Positions 47,756 to 56,923 of a stretch of 64,000 bases of DNA are shown in pieces. This stretch comes from a virus (lineage: Duplodnaviria; Caudoviricetes). The stretch is taken from IMG/VR virus record IMGVR_UViG_3300029288_000151, positions 1 through 64,000 of that record; one strand, given 5' to 3'. Within the stretch, counting starts at the first letter, position 1; every line of letters starts with the position of its first letter. The notes beneath the pieces are model-generated. The model was not told where the DNA came from. It was given only the letters and a program-made list of their open reading frames with translations, and ran no database searches. Both the position numbers and the translations under genes were made by a program.

Positions 47756-48913
47756 TCACGTCAACTCATACGCATCGACAATCACATACGTGTCCTGCGC
47801 TACATGCTCCGCATTACCGCCAATCAATAGATAATTGTACCCGGTCGCTGATAAATAAGCGGTTGCCTTGTTGATCGTTCGCAACGTAAGCCATGTTTGC
47901 CCGTCCATGGACACCTGCTCCGTTAAGGTTCCGACCGATGGCGTTGCGCCGTCCGTGTCCGTAATCCGCATCCAAAGCGGTGTTTTGAACCAATTTGTCA
48001 TCATAGCTGCTTCCGGCCCGCCGGAGGTTTGGTTGGCCATATCGAAATAGCGTAGACCCCAACTGTCTCGACTGTCATATTGAAAAATGCTCAGCCGTGC
48101 GCTTGCCCCTGTGGCCCCCTTCCATCCAATGCAACCAGACTTGTACTGCGCATTTAACGTTAAAATTCGCATCCGTACCGTCAGCGTATAGGCGGAGGTC
48201 GGAACCGGTAGGATCAGATGCCGCACATTCAACGATGTCGATGCTGGGACGTATAAAGTTACCGACGATCCCGTCTGCGTCAGCGTCGATCCTCCCTGGT
48301 TGTCCCACGCCCAACCATCTGCCAGGAACGCGGTCAAGTTCACACCCGTTCCTGTGGATGCCAATCCCGCCGCTTGGCTGAATGTACACAGTGAACTTCC
48401 CAACGTCGCCGCTCCTGCATTGGTGATCTCCATGGCACCCGCATCTGCACTTACCCCCAGAACTGTACCGAGCCCAGGCGTCGTTGGGATCGCCCCGTCC
48501 ACGTAGTTCTTCGTCGCGGCGTCCTGCGCCCCACTCGGGTCTACCACATCCGTGATGCGCTTCGTCCCTGCGCTATTCCCAGCAGTCAGTACTGCCGCCA
48601 AAGCCGGAGTCGTAGGCATTGCAGAGTCCACGTAGTTCTTCGTCGCGGCGTCCTGCGCCCCACTCGGGTCTACCACATCCGTGATGCGCTTCGTCCCTGC
48701 GCTATTCCCAGCAGTCAGTACTGCCGCCAAAGCCGGAGTCGTAGGCATTGCAGAGTCCACGTAGTTCTTGGTCGCTGCGCTCTGCGCTGTTGTTGGGTCT
48801 GCGATATTCTCAATCTCAAGCGCGCCGCCATCATTGCCGGTAGTTAATACTTGACTTAGCGTCCCAACTCCTCCGCTAGGAGTCACTGTCCCAAATTTGG
48901 CTTCTGCTGTCAT
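47756..48913 (-). CDS. Fibre-like adhesin with neck/stalk repeats and a C-terminal lectin-like beta-sandwich
   Basis: Repeated RITDVVDPSGAQDAATKNYVD motif typical of trimeric fibre necks; GC-richer than its flanks. Confidence 0.65.
   Translation of the reverse strand: MTAEAKFGTVTPSGGVGTLSQVLTTGNDGGALEIENIADPTTAQSAATKNYVDSAMPTTPALAAVLTAGNSAGTKRITDVVDPSGAQDAATKNYVDSAMPTTPALAAVLTAGNSAGTKRITDVVDPSGAQDAATKNYVDGAIPTTPGLGTVLGVSADAGAMEITNAGAATLGSSLCTFSQAAGLASTGTGVNLTAFLADGWAWDNQGGSTLTQTGSSVTLYVPASTSLNVRHLILPVPTSAYTLTVRMRILTLNAQYKSGCIGWKGATGASARLSIFQYDSRDSWGLRYFDMANQTSGGPEAAMMTNWFKTPLWMRITDTDGATPSVGTLTEQVSMDGQTWLTLRTINKATAYLSATGYNYLLIGGNAEHVAQDTYVIVDAYELT
48497..48769. repeat. Perfect tandem duplication of a 129-bp unit (43 aa)
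   Basis: Units 48497-48625 and 48626-48754 are identical, followed by a further 15 bp (gtccacgtagttctt). Confidence 0.97.
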
Positions 48914-48915
48914 AT

Positions 48916-49998
48916 TTAGATTTGTATCGTTAGAGTATCGCCATCAACAGACAATACTTTAGTCAGCGTCCCGGCCGCAGTAAAAGCATCAGAATCGCCA
49001 TTTACTGCTTCCGCCCATAACTGTACCGTCTCGTCTGTAATCGTACTGGCGTCCAGTGCCTTGTTAAATTTAATAACAATCTCCGTGAATTCAGAAGTTG
49101 TTATATTCGCCGTCATGTTTTTGGGCGTCACAGAGACAACCTGGAGACCCCCCTCTCCGTCTTCAACTAAGGCATCAATCCCTGTCGCCGAGGAAGAAGA
49201 AGTCGGGGTAACGATTGCCCCGCTGCCGGTTGTAAAAGACCATTCATAGTTGGCCGCCAGAGTATAGTTTGGCATCACTACGACATGGAAAGTATCTCCC
49301 GTAGTAAACGCGCCGTCCGGATCACACTCTAGCCAAATACCGTCTTCTATCTCTCTGCGCCCGGTAGTAGTAACCCCGTAAGATACATTGAGCGGATCAT
49401 TGTCATCATACCAAAGATACTCGGCTGTCCCTGTGGCCCCGCCACTGGTAATCTCAAGAGTATAACCTCTCGTAATTGTTCCGGTATACCCGCCACCAAA
49501 AGTCAGTCTCCCGCTACCAGAGACAGACAGAAGCTCTGTATCAAAGACCGTCCTGGTTTTAATTCCCGGCTTGTAGTCGTCGTCTGTTACTTCGTCTCCG
49601 GCCAGAATAACCCTGTATACTACACCAGGAGCCAGTGGCTTAGACGGCGTAAAGATCGCTTTCGTCTTGAACAGTGTGCCATCGCCAGTATAGTCAGTTA
49701 TCTCTGTGGTCCCGCCAGAAACATCTAGATGCTCAAAAGAAATTACTCCTTCTACATACCCATCAAAGTAAGGCGAATTGAATAATTGCTCGTCAATAGC
49801 ACCTTCTGAATCTTCTGGCTCGAAATCAGGACCAAAGACGAAATTTGTAGAAGGGCCGACAAGAACGAAAGTACCCGTATTTATTGTGGTTTCGTCCATC
49901 TCTTGGTCGAACATAACCCATACGCGATCTCCTAATGGTATCCCCTGCGCCGATGGCGCTGGGTAAACATCAAGAATTGACGGTGTCGAATTCGCCAT
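48916..49998 (-). CDS. Ig-like (Big_5/SbsA-type) domain protein, second domain apparently truncated
   Basis: ILDVYPAPSAQGIPLGDRVWVMFDQEMD...TPSKPLAPGVVYRVIL...FTT and VVSVTPKN...IVIKFNKALDASTI. Confidence 0.7.
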   Translation of the reverse strand: MANSTPSILDVYPAPSAQGIPLGDRVWVMFDQEMDETTINTGTFVLVGPSTNFVFGPDFEPEDSEGAIDEQLFNSPYFDGYVEGVISFEHLDVSGGTTEITDYTGDGTLFKTKAIFTPSKPLAPGVVYRVILAGDEVTDDDYKPGIKTRTVFDTELLSVSGSGRLTFGGGYTGTITRGYTLEITSGGATGTAEYLWYDDNDPLNVSYGVTTTGRREIEDGIWLECDPDGAFTTGDTFHVVVMPNYTLAANYEWSFTTGSGAIVTPTSSSSATGIDALVEDGEGGLQVVSVTPKNMTANITTSEFTEIVIKFNKALDASTITDETVQLWAEAVNGDSDAFTAAGTLTKVLSVDGDTLTIQI

Positions 49999-50000
49999 TA

Positions 50001-50168
50001 TTATTCCTTTATTTCGTTTTGGTCGCCAAATATCGTCTCGAAACTTTCCACGGTAATGTCCTGAACTGTTTTCTCTTCGTCTTCCTCAATATCAAGTTCA
50101 ACTCCATCTATTACAAGCTTTTTCTGCTTAATTGCACGAGCCCTGTCTAAATAAACAAGCTCTCCCAT
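50001..50168 (-). CDS. Small acidic hypothetical protein (55 aa), missing from the ORF track
   Basis: AGGAG RBS then ATG at 50168: MGELVYLDRARAIKQKKLVIDGVELDIEEDEEKTVQDITVESFETIFGDQNEIKE; fills the gap exactly. Confidence 0.7.
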   Translation of the reverse strand: MGELVYLDRARAIKQKKLVIDGVELDIEEDEEKTVQDITVESFETIFGDQNEIKE

Positions 50169-50170
50169 CT

Positions 50171-50719
50171 CTATTCTCCTGACGGCGGGATTGAAATGAA
50201 TTTGTCTTCTAAAACCCGAAGAATACCATCCCGATTCTTCCCTGCCTTCTCAGCCTCAATGCAGGCATATACAAACTTTCTAGTCGCGAACGACTGATCC
50301 ATCGCTTTGATTGTTTTGCGAATCGTATTCCCATTGCGCACCATAAGGGCCCCAGCACGCTCCAGATCCTCTTCTGTTGGCGTCAAGTCCTCTACCTTGA
50401 TAGGAGGAGGCTCGGGCACACAAACAAGCTCTGGAAGGTCTTCTGGCTCCGTAACCGATTCAAAATCAGGAATCCCCTGCGCCGGTACAATCTCTGGCGT
50501 GTCATTTGGTTCTTCTATCTTGAAATCAGAGCATGGCTCAGTAGTCTCTTTTATAAAAATCACGCCAAGGGAATGATATTTATCAATACTTCTTTTGGTG
50601 ACATCAGACAAAGTATCGTAGTCAAAAACCTCTGTCTGCTTATTGTGCGGCCCCAGTTTAATATTATTAAAAAACCAAAACGCACCCTTCTTGGCGATGA
50701 AAATTCTCACTGGTCTCAT
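50171..50719 (-). CDS. Hypothetical protein downstream of the major capsid protein
   Basis: 182 aa, GAGG RBS, Pro/Glu-rich linker. Confidence 0.7.
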   Translation of the reverse strand: MRPVRIFIAKKGAFWFFNNIKLGPHNKQTEVFDYDTLSDVTKRSIDKYHSLGVIFIKETTEPCSDFKIEEPNDTPEIVPAQGIPDFESVTEPEDLPELVCVPEPPPIKVEDLTPTEEDLERAGALMVRNGNTIRKTIKAMDQSFATRKFVYACIEAEKAGKNRDGILRVLEDKFISIPPSGE

Positions 50720-50755
50720 TGATTTACCTCGTTCGCCATTAATATGGCAGCCAAT

Positions 50756-50790
50756 AAAATAAAAGGGACTGGACCCTAAGATCCTGTCCC
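50756..50790 (-). terminator. Rho-independent terminator after the major capsid gene
   Basis: Minus strand GGGACAGGATC-TTAG-GGTCCAGTCCC (11-bp stem, one mismatch, one G-U) followed by TTTTATTTT. Confidence 0.85.
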
Positions 50791-50827
50791 TCTTATTCTA
50801 CTTGATTAAGCTGCTATATTACAAGTT

Positions 50828-52096
50828 TTACAGGCCGGAGATTGCGGTGGACTGATCAAGAGCCGCAAGGCTCGCGATCGTGGGTTGCACCGGCAGAGCA
50901 ATCTGGTTCGCGGTGATTGCGACGTTCTTCAGAACGCCAACACCGAGACCGTCATTGTAGATGCCGATTGCATAACGCTCGCGCAGCTTGATCTTGATGA
51001 TGTCAACCGACTTGTCTTCCCACTGATCCATCATAACGTCTTCCTCGACGATGAGAGCGCCAAGGTTACGGCTATCAAAGATCATGATGTCGCAAACGTT
51101 GCGTTCCGGATCATAAGGAACGAACGGGCTGACGAGAACACGCAGCGGATGCGGGAAGTAACTCGGAATCGTAGCTGGCGAATTGAGATTCTGGTCGAGT
51201 TCCCCAACTGTAGTCGCCGTGTCGCCACCAACGCTGCCACCTGGGGTGTATGACTTACCCGAACTCATCCCAAGACCACCCTGGCTGGCATTATCCCATG
51301 GACGGCCAGTCTTCGGCATGGTGTGCGGCTGGAACCAGGAACCATTACCAGTGTTCTTCACAATGGTCTGGAGTAGTGGGTCAGCAAGCCACATTGACCA
51401 CGCGAGCGGGTGAAGCAGGATTGTGTCCGGAATAAATCCCTGCATCATAATGAAAGCGTATGCCTGAAGCAGATCTTCCATCCGGCAAGAACCATTTGCC
51501 GTACCAGCAAGACCGCGACCCGAGCAAGTCCCGTAAACGGAAGTTGTCGGGTTGATATTGTCGAACAGACGAACGCCGAGAGAAGCAATGGTATTCATGC
51601 CCTTTACTTCCTTGTGGCGGTCGAGAGCCCGACGAGCAGCGCGAAGGTGCAGATTGATTACATCAAACTGCGAATGCTTCTTCATCTCTTCCGAGATTTT
51701 GAAAGCAAGACCCGTCTTCCCGACCGTTACGGTCATCGTTCCGGGAGAGATGTTCAGGGTCTGCTCTGGATAGGCCATCCCTTCAGCAAGATCCATCGCG
51801 TACATGGCGCCAATTGCCGGGAAAGTAATCCGGGCACCGGCTTCATAACCGATACGATCGAGAATGTTCGGGATGACGAGCATAGGCTCGACGGGCTCAC
51901 GGATAACTTCCTCAATTGTCTTGGGAAGCCAAGCGCGAGCGTTTGGAACCGCGAGCATATCATTGAAGGAGAGCTTCTCCCCAATTACAGAGTTAATGCC
52001 ATTGTTCATCCAGGTGTCGCGGAAGAGAGCATACGACTTCTTCTCGTCGCCATCCTTCAGCGCAAAGGCAGTGTCATAATTAATTCTAGTCGGCAT
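50828..52096 (-). CDS. Major capsid protein (HK97-fold)
   Basis: 422 aa; follows protease and decoration genes; KTGLAFKISEEM...LRAARRALDRHKE...PDTILLHP pattern; AGGAGG RBS; strong codon bias; followed by a terminator. Confidence 0.9.
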   Translation of the reverse strand: MPTRINYDTAFALKDGDEKKSYALFRDTWMNNGINSVIGEKLSFNDMLAVPNARAWLPKTIEEVIREPVEPMLVIPNILDRIGYEAGARITFPAIGAMYAMDLAEGMAYPEQTLNISPGTMTVTVGKTGLAFKISEEMKKHSQFDVINLHLRAARRALDRHKEVKGMNTIASLGVRLFDNINPTTSVYGTCSGRGLAGTANGSCRMEDLLQAYAFIMMQGFIPDTILLHPLAWSMWLADPLLQTIVKNTGNGSWFQPHTMPKTGRPWDNASQGGLGMSSGKSYTPGGSVGGDTATTVGELDQNLNSPATIPSYFPHPLRVLVSPFVPYDPERNVCDIMIFDSRNLGALIVEEDVMMDQWEDKSVDIIKIKLRERYAIGIYNDGLGVGVLKNVAITANQIALPVQPTIASLAALDQSTAISGL

Positions 52097-52114
52097 ATCT
52101 CGAAACCTCCTGTC

Positions 52115-53494
52115 TTATCGGTGAATCAGGTTCACAATAAGTAGCTTGTCAGCCGAGTTTGTATATGTTAGCTGATCACTGCGACCGCCAGTCGCTGAAC
52201 CTGGAGTGCGCATATTTGCAGCAGTCTGTCCCTCGTAAGCCGTACGAACGCGATCGAGATAATCACGGGGATTAGTGATGACGTTCAGGACCTGGCCGAC
52301 GATACCATTCTGGTAATTCATTACGGCCTGCTCAAGCTGCAGAGAAATATCTGCGTCTGTGCCATCACCGTAATCCGGATCTGCCGAGTAAGCTGCCCCA
52401 GCAGCGGTATAACCTTCCGCAGTTCCGATGTCCAGCGTCGCCTTGATCAGGTTGCTGTCTTCGTTGTAAGTGAGGAAGTCGCCGAGATTGAGATTGCCAG
52501 TAGCACAGAAATAACTGGAAACGCGAGAGTTACCGGTAGCAACTGCATCTTCGTACTGGTAGTAAGTCATCGTTGCCGCGACTGACCACGGAGAAGGAAT
52601 TGCATTGCCATCGGCCTCATAAAGGAACAGAACGCCAGCGTCTGCATCGAGGTAGTAATCGCCAGCAGCGCCAATCGCTTCGATTGAGCCCTTCTGAGCC
52701 ACAAGACCCCCTGTTACGCTGGGCGTGAACGGAGTCTCTGCTGTAATCGCAGCAACCGGGAACTTCTCGAACACATAAGCTACAACATCGTCGCCAGCTG
52801 CTACAGTCTCGGCATAGCGAGTCGTTGCAGCAAGACTTGTTGAACTGAACCAACCGCCAGTACCAAACACAATTGCGGTATCAGCGATGGCCCCATCCAT
52901 AGTCTCTGTGGTCGTTACTGCCGGGAGAAGCGGGACAATACCTACGTAGTCACAAGTTATAGCAACGAGTTCCTGTGGCTTGAAGTTGTTGTAGGTGAAT
53001 GTCGCCGGGTTGCGGACATCCGAGCCTGCCGCCTGGTAATAGTTGTAAGAAGCGAACCCGATCGGCTTCGAAACGAAGTCCATTGCCCGCTCAGAAGCCG
53101 TAATCAGGCCACGGAGACGCAGAGCAGCGGTTACCTCAGCTTCGCTGTAACTGGTCGAACCATCGGTCGCATAAGCGACACCCGTGGTCAGATCGATAGT
53201 GCCAGCATCATAGTCATCGGCAGTGTAAGTAATTGGGGTTGTGGCCCCAACATAAAAACGCTTCCGATAACCAGCAAGGCAAAGATCGCCATTGCGGTCA
53301 ACCGAAACTACCTTGCCCGAAGAGACAACGAACCATGCCTCAAGCTCATTCTCGTAACGAGCGACGGGTAACCACTGAGCGACTTGTGCCTCGAAGTGCG
53401 GACGGACAGACTCCGAGTACTCCCAATTGGGAGTGATTCGCCCCATGTGGTCATAAAACTTATGGTTTGGGGTATACCCTCTATTAATAGTCAT
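52115..53494 (-). CDS. Capsid decoration/cement-like protein
   Basis: 459 aa between protease and capsid genes, AGGAGG RBS, same codon bias as the capsid gene. Confidence 0.6.
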   Translation of the reverse strand: MTINRGYTPNHKFYDHMGRITPNWEYSESVRPHFEAQVAQWLPVARYENELEAWFVVSSGKVVSVDRNGDLCLAGYRKRFYVGATTPITYTADDYDAGTIDLTTGVAYATDGSTSYSEAEVTAALRLRGLITASERAMDFVSKPIGFASYNYYQAAGSDVRNPATFTYNNFKPQELVAITCDYVGIVPLLPAVTTTETMDGAIADTAIVFGTGGWFSSTSLAATTRYAETVAAGDDVVAYVFEKFPVAAITAETPFTPSVTGGLVAQKGSIEAIGAAGDYYLDADAGVLFLYEADGNAIPSPWSVAATMTYYQYEDAVATGNSRVSSYFCATGNLNLGDFLTYNEDSNLIKATLDIGTAEGYTAAGAAYSADPDYGDGTDADISLQLEQAVMNYQNGIVGQVLNVITNPRDYLDRVRTAYEGQTAANMRTPGSATGGRSDQLTYTNSADKLLIVNLIHR

Positions 53495-53519
53495 TTATAA
53501 CCTCCTGACTTTCCTAATC

Positions 53520-56500
53520 CTACTCGCAGGTAATCTTTGTCTGCGAGACAATCATATCCCAAGTAATCTGTTCGCCAAGAACGCCATTTCTCCTCATGCG
53601 GTCGAAAAGCAAAGCCGCTCTATTTTCTTCTTTATCCTGAAGGAATTCTCTCATTCTATTAACAAGTTCAAAATCAGTTTTTGACAAGCTTACCTTCTGG
53701 TCGTTATCTTTATCCGTCTTAATCGTGGGATCGTCAACCATTCCTTCGGGCTCTCTTGCAATCCCACTAGTCATTTTATCAATAATCTTACCAAAGTCCA
53801 CACTGTCAACAAAAGTTTTATAAATTATATCGAAATCTTTTGAATCTGTGAACTCGGCCTTTGCCTTGTCAAGACTGTCCTGTTTCCCAGTGGCCAGAGA
53901 GAGAAGAGCCGCATATTCTGTCTTTACACGACGCAGTTCCTGCCCTATCGTCACGCACTCGTCGATAAGAATCTTATGCGAAGAGAACTCGTGCCGAAGC
54001 TCGTCGCGCAGGACAGAAACAGTGTCCTGAGAGCTAATAAGCTCCTTCTTCGCTTTGTCTTCTGCCTCTTTCGCTTCCGTTGCAGCCTTGAGACTGGAAA
54101 CACACTCAGAGCACTCGCGCTTTACAGTAAGCTTGCGCTCAATCATGGTCGTTTCCACATCGGCAAACAGAGCCCGAAGCTCATCGTCTGTCAGGTCCTT
54201 CGGCTGTTTAACGGAATCAGTTGCGGGAGCAATAGGATCGGGCTGTGTATTTGGAGCCGAATCACTGGAACCCGAAGAGCAACCAAGAGCCTTCGCCTTG
54301 CGTGCTACACAAGCAAGAATGCTCGTCTTGTTCCCCGGCCCCTTATAGCGGCCAATCAGGCGGCGAGCCGCTGTTACGTGAGAATTATGGACGAAGACCC
54401 CATTAGAGAGGGCAAAGTTATTAGTCCCTTCTACTTCAATGTCATAAACATCTTCTTTTGTGTCAAGTTTCTCGACGCTCATAACCTTATGGTTATAAAA
54501 ATCTGCCTGCGTTAGGCTCTTGTCGTTAAGACGAGTTTTCAACCAAGCAAGAGAGATCTGCCCTTCTTGCCATTTATTTAGTATGGATTCTCGTGTTTCT
54601 TTAATTGTCGTCAGATTAAGGGTTAACTTATCAGTCTCGAATCCTGCTTTTTGGAACCATTTCTTTATCGTGAATCTGTCTATCTTATATTTGTCTTGTA
54701 GACTTGAGAAATTCGGATTTTCAAGATAATCACAATACATCTTCTCAAGATCTTGCCCAAAAGCTGCGGCAAAATAATCTTCTACAAGAGTTTTCGCTAA
54801 TTCAGTTGGATGTTTGAATTCAGACAGATCCGCTTCATTAAGCCATCTTCTTATTGTAGAAGTTTCGACCTGTAGTCTCTCTGCAAGAAATTTTACTTCT
54901 ACCCCAAGTTCCTTTGCAAAATAAATATCAACAAGACTAAGCCCAGAATTACCAATCTCCTCTTCTGGCCTGTTCCAATCGTAAGTCCTTTTCCCTTTCG
55001 AAATCGCATCGGAATGAGCAACAGAAAGAGCTTCATCCCCCAGAATGTGAGCCATCCTATTCTTCATGAAGTTAGAACGAGCACGAACCTCTTCTATAGT
55101 CCGTGTTCTTTTGTCTTTATTCCCTGCGTCATGCAGTTTATGTAGTTTGCTATGATCTGCGCGAGAAATATATTCGAGGTTTTTTGGATCGTTGTTCTGT
55201 TTGTTCTCGTCGATATGATGAATTAGCTCTTCTTTCTTTGGAACCTGTCCAATGTCCTCGCGAGCGACCATGTGATGGGTGTATTCCCAATATTTGTACC
55301 ATGGCTGGTATATCTTCTCATAAACAGCAGCTTGCCCAAACATTTCACTATCTTTGATATACAGAGGCATCAAAGACTGTTGCTCTTTAAGAGCAGAAGC
55401 CTCTACATATTCGAAGTCCCTTGTAAGAAATGGATGGTTTGGTGTACAGATAACAGTTTCGCTGTTGTCGAGAGTCACTTTAACGACATCTGCGGATACC
55501 TTCGCCTTCCATGCCGCAGTTACCTGTGCAGGGACAACTGCTTTCTGTCCCAGACTGAAGCTGTAGACCCAAACCTCTTGGCCTTCGTTCACTCTGCGAA
55601 CAAGTTCCTGCATTTCTACTTCTTCGCCATTAAGCAATTTTATTTTCTGTTGGCCAGAAATACAACAATCCGGGACAGGGAACGATCTACCCGGCCCACA
55701 GAAGGTCTTTTCTCCCAACTTGTTGCGCTGCTCAGAAGAAAGTTTGGCATCTTTCAGAGTTTCTTCTGATAAGATTCCATCCTTCGCCATGGCCGCCAAC
55801 TCAACCTCCATCTGAGCATAGACCTCTTCTGCATCTATTGTCTGCCCCTGTGTCTCAAAATCTTCCAGGGCGTAAACAATATACGTTTTCTCGTCAATCT
55901 CCGCTTCGTCCTGCCCAAGATATTTCCCATCTTCCTGTTTTAACGCCATAATTTTCTTGGCGAAATCAGCAAGGACAGAATCTTCTGCTTCTGGACGAGC
56001 TTCTTTAATGACTTCAAAAACTTTGCTTTCGTCGTCGTTTAGCTCAATGGGGGCACCATCTTTGATCTCAATAATCATTCCTGTTGCCTCCTCTGAATCC
56101 CGAACTTCCCAAATCATCTGTGTCGGGAAAATCTCTTTATGAACCGGATCTTCTTCTTTAACAGAATCGTAAGCGAACCCTTCCACTTCTACTGTAGTAA
56201 AAGGATCTGCATCAAAATTAACCAGGCTAAGCTCCTTGAAAAACATATTGCCGGGGATCAGATTAGCCTTTCTCTCAACTTCAGTGTCCTCGTCTTTGTA
56301 CGTCTTCCCTGGAATATGTGAGCACATGCCGTCTTCTGGATCGAGCCAGTCTGCAAAACAAATGCTACAGAAAGCATGATCTGACCCAAAACCTACAGAT
56401 ACAGCATCAAACAGGCCAGACTCCATCTGCTCGATCGTAGTCGGATCAATAATATCGGCACCGACTTTGACGTAGCCGAGTCCGCGCCATCCATCCGCCA

Positions 56501-56906
56501 GAACGGCTTTGCTTCTTAAGAAGGAGGCCATTGCCCGAACTTGCTTTTTGATTGGAGTCGCTTGATCTATTAAAGCAAGAACATTTGGGTCCCCAACCAG
56601 ATCTTGAGGGACCGTGTCTATATATTGGGCGGAAACGACTTTGCCAACCGGATCTGCATCTGGGTTATGATGCTTGAGGATCGGCGCACGCTTTCCCTTT
56701 GTGAAACTATCCGCGCCAATCCGCATCATGCTTGGCAAGTATGCCCGCTCATTCTTATTGGAAATCGCAGAATGAGTTGCCTCAAAATACGTACGAAGTC
56801 GCCTTTTGCCGTTAAGAGAAGCGGAATCCTTGAATGTCTTCCACTGCTCTTCTGTCGGGTTTACAATCTTATAACAATCTCGGAAAGATATAATTTTATT
56901 ACTCAT
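53520..56906 (-). CDS. Prohead protease/scaffold with intein (about 701 aa after splicing)
   Basis: Protease motifs EATH, PILKHH, AVSVG, CSIC...CSHIPG, ELSLVN; C-terminal coiled-coil scaffold-like region. Confidence 0.85.
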   Translation of the reverse strand: MSNKIISFRDCYKIVNPTEEQWKTFKDSASLNGKRRLRTYFEATHSAISNKNERAYLPSMMRIGADSFTKGKRAPILKHHNPDADPVGKVVSAQYIDTVPQDLVGDPNVLALIDQATPIKKQVRAMASFLRSKAVLADGWRGLGYVKVGADIIDPTTIEQMESGLFDAVSVGFGSDHAFCSICFADWLDPEDGMCSHIPGKTYKDEDTEVERKANLIPGNMFFKELSLVNFDADPFTTVEVEGFAYDSVKEEDPVHKEIFPTQMIWEVRDSEEATGMIIEIKDGAPIELNDDESKVFEVIKEARPEAEDSVLADFAKKIMALKQEDGKYLGQDEAEIDEKTYIVYALEDFETQGQTIDAEEVYAQMEVELAAMAKDGILSEETLKDAKLSSEQRNKLGEKTFCGPGRSFPVPDCCISGQQKIKLLNGEEVEMQELVRRVNEGQEVWVYSFSLGQKAVVPAQVTAAWKAKVSADVVKVTLDNSETVICTPNHPFLTRDFEYVEASALKEQQSLMPLYIKDSEMFGQAAVYEKIYQPWYKYWEYTHHMVAREDIGQVPKKEELIHHIDENKQNNDPKNLEYISRADHSKLHKLHDAGNKDKRTRTIEEVRARSNFMKNRMAHILGDEALSVAHSDAISKGKRTYDWNRPEEEIGNSGLSLVDIYFAKELGVEVKFLAERLQVETSTIRRWLNEADLSEFKHPTELAKTLVEDYFAAAFGQDLEKMYCDYLENPNFSSLQDKYKIDRFTIKKWFQKAGFETDKLTLNLTTIKETRESILNKWQEGQISLAWLKTRLNDKSLTQADFYNHKVMSVEKLDTKEDVYDIEVEGTNNFALSNGVFVHNSHVTAARRLIGRYKGPGNKTSILACVARKAKALGCSSGSSDSAPNTQPDPIAPATDSVKQPKDLTDDELRALFADVETTMIERKLTVKRECSECVSSLKAATEAKEAEDKAKKELISSQDTVSVLRDELRHEFSSHKILIDECVTIGQELRRVKTEYAALLSLATGKQDSLDKAKAEFTDSKDFDIIYKTFVDSVDFGKIIDKMTSGIAREPEGMVDDPTIKTDKDNDQKVSLSKTDFELVNRMREFLQDKEENRAALLFDRMRRNGVLGEQITWDMIVSQTKITCE
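54384..55664 (-). mobile_element. Intein (427 aa) with HNH homing endonuclease
   Basis: PDC|CISGQQKIK...CTPNHPF...NGVFVHN|SHV; internal YTHHMVA...IHHIDENKQNNDPKNLEYISRADHSKLH is an HNH motif. Confidence 0.93.
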
Positions 56907-56923
56907 CTAACCAAAGTCTCCCA

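Noticed and set aside
47652-48400. Possible DGR variable region at the fibre C-terminus with a downstream hairpin
   Set aside because: No reverse transcriptase and no template-repeat copy differing only at adenines in the window; the downstream hairpin is weak.
51410-52144. 244-aa plus-strand ORF, and many other plus-strand or nested ORFs in the track
   Set aside because: Antisense shadows of strongly codon-biased minus-strand genes, with no RBS or protein-like motifs.
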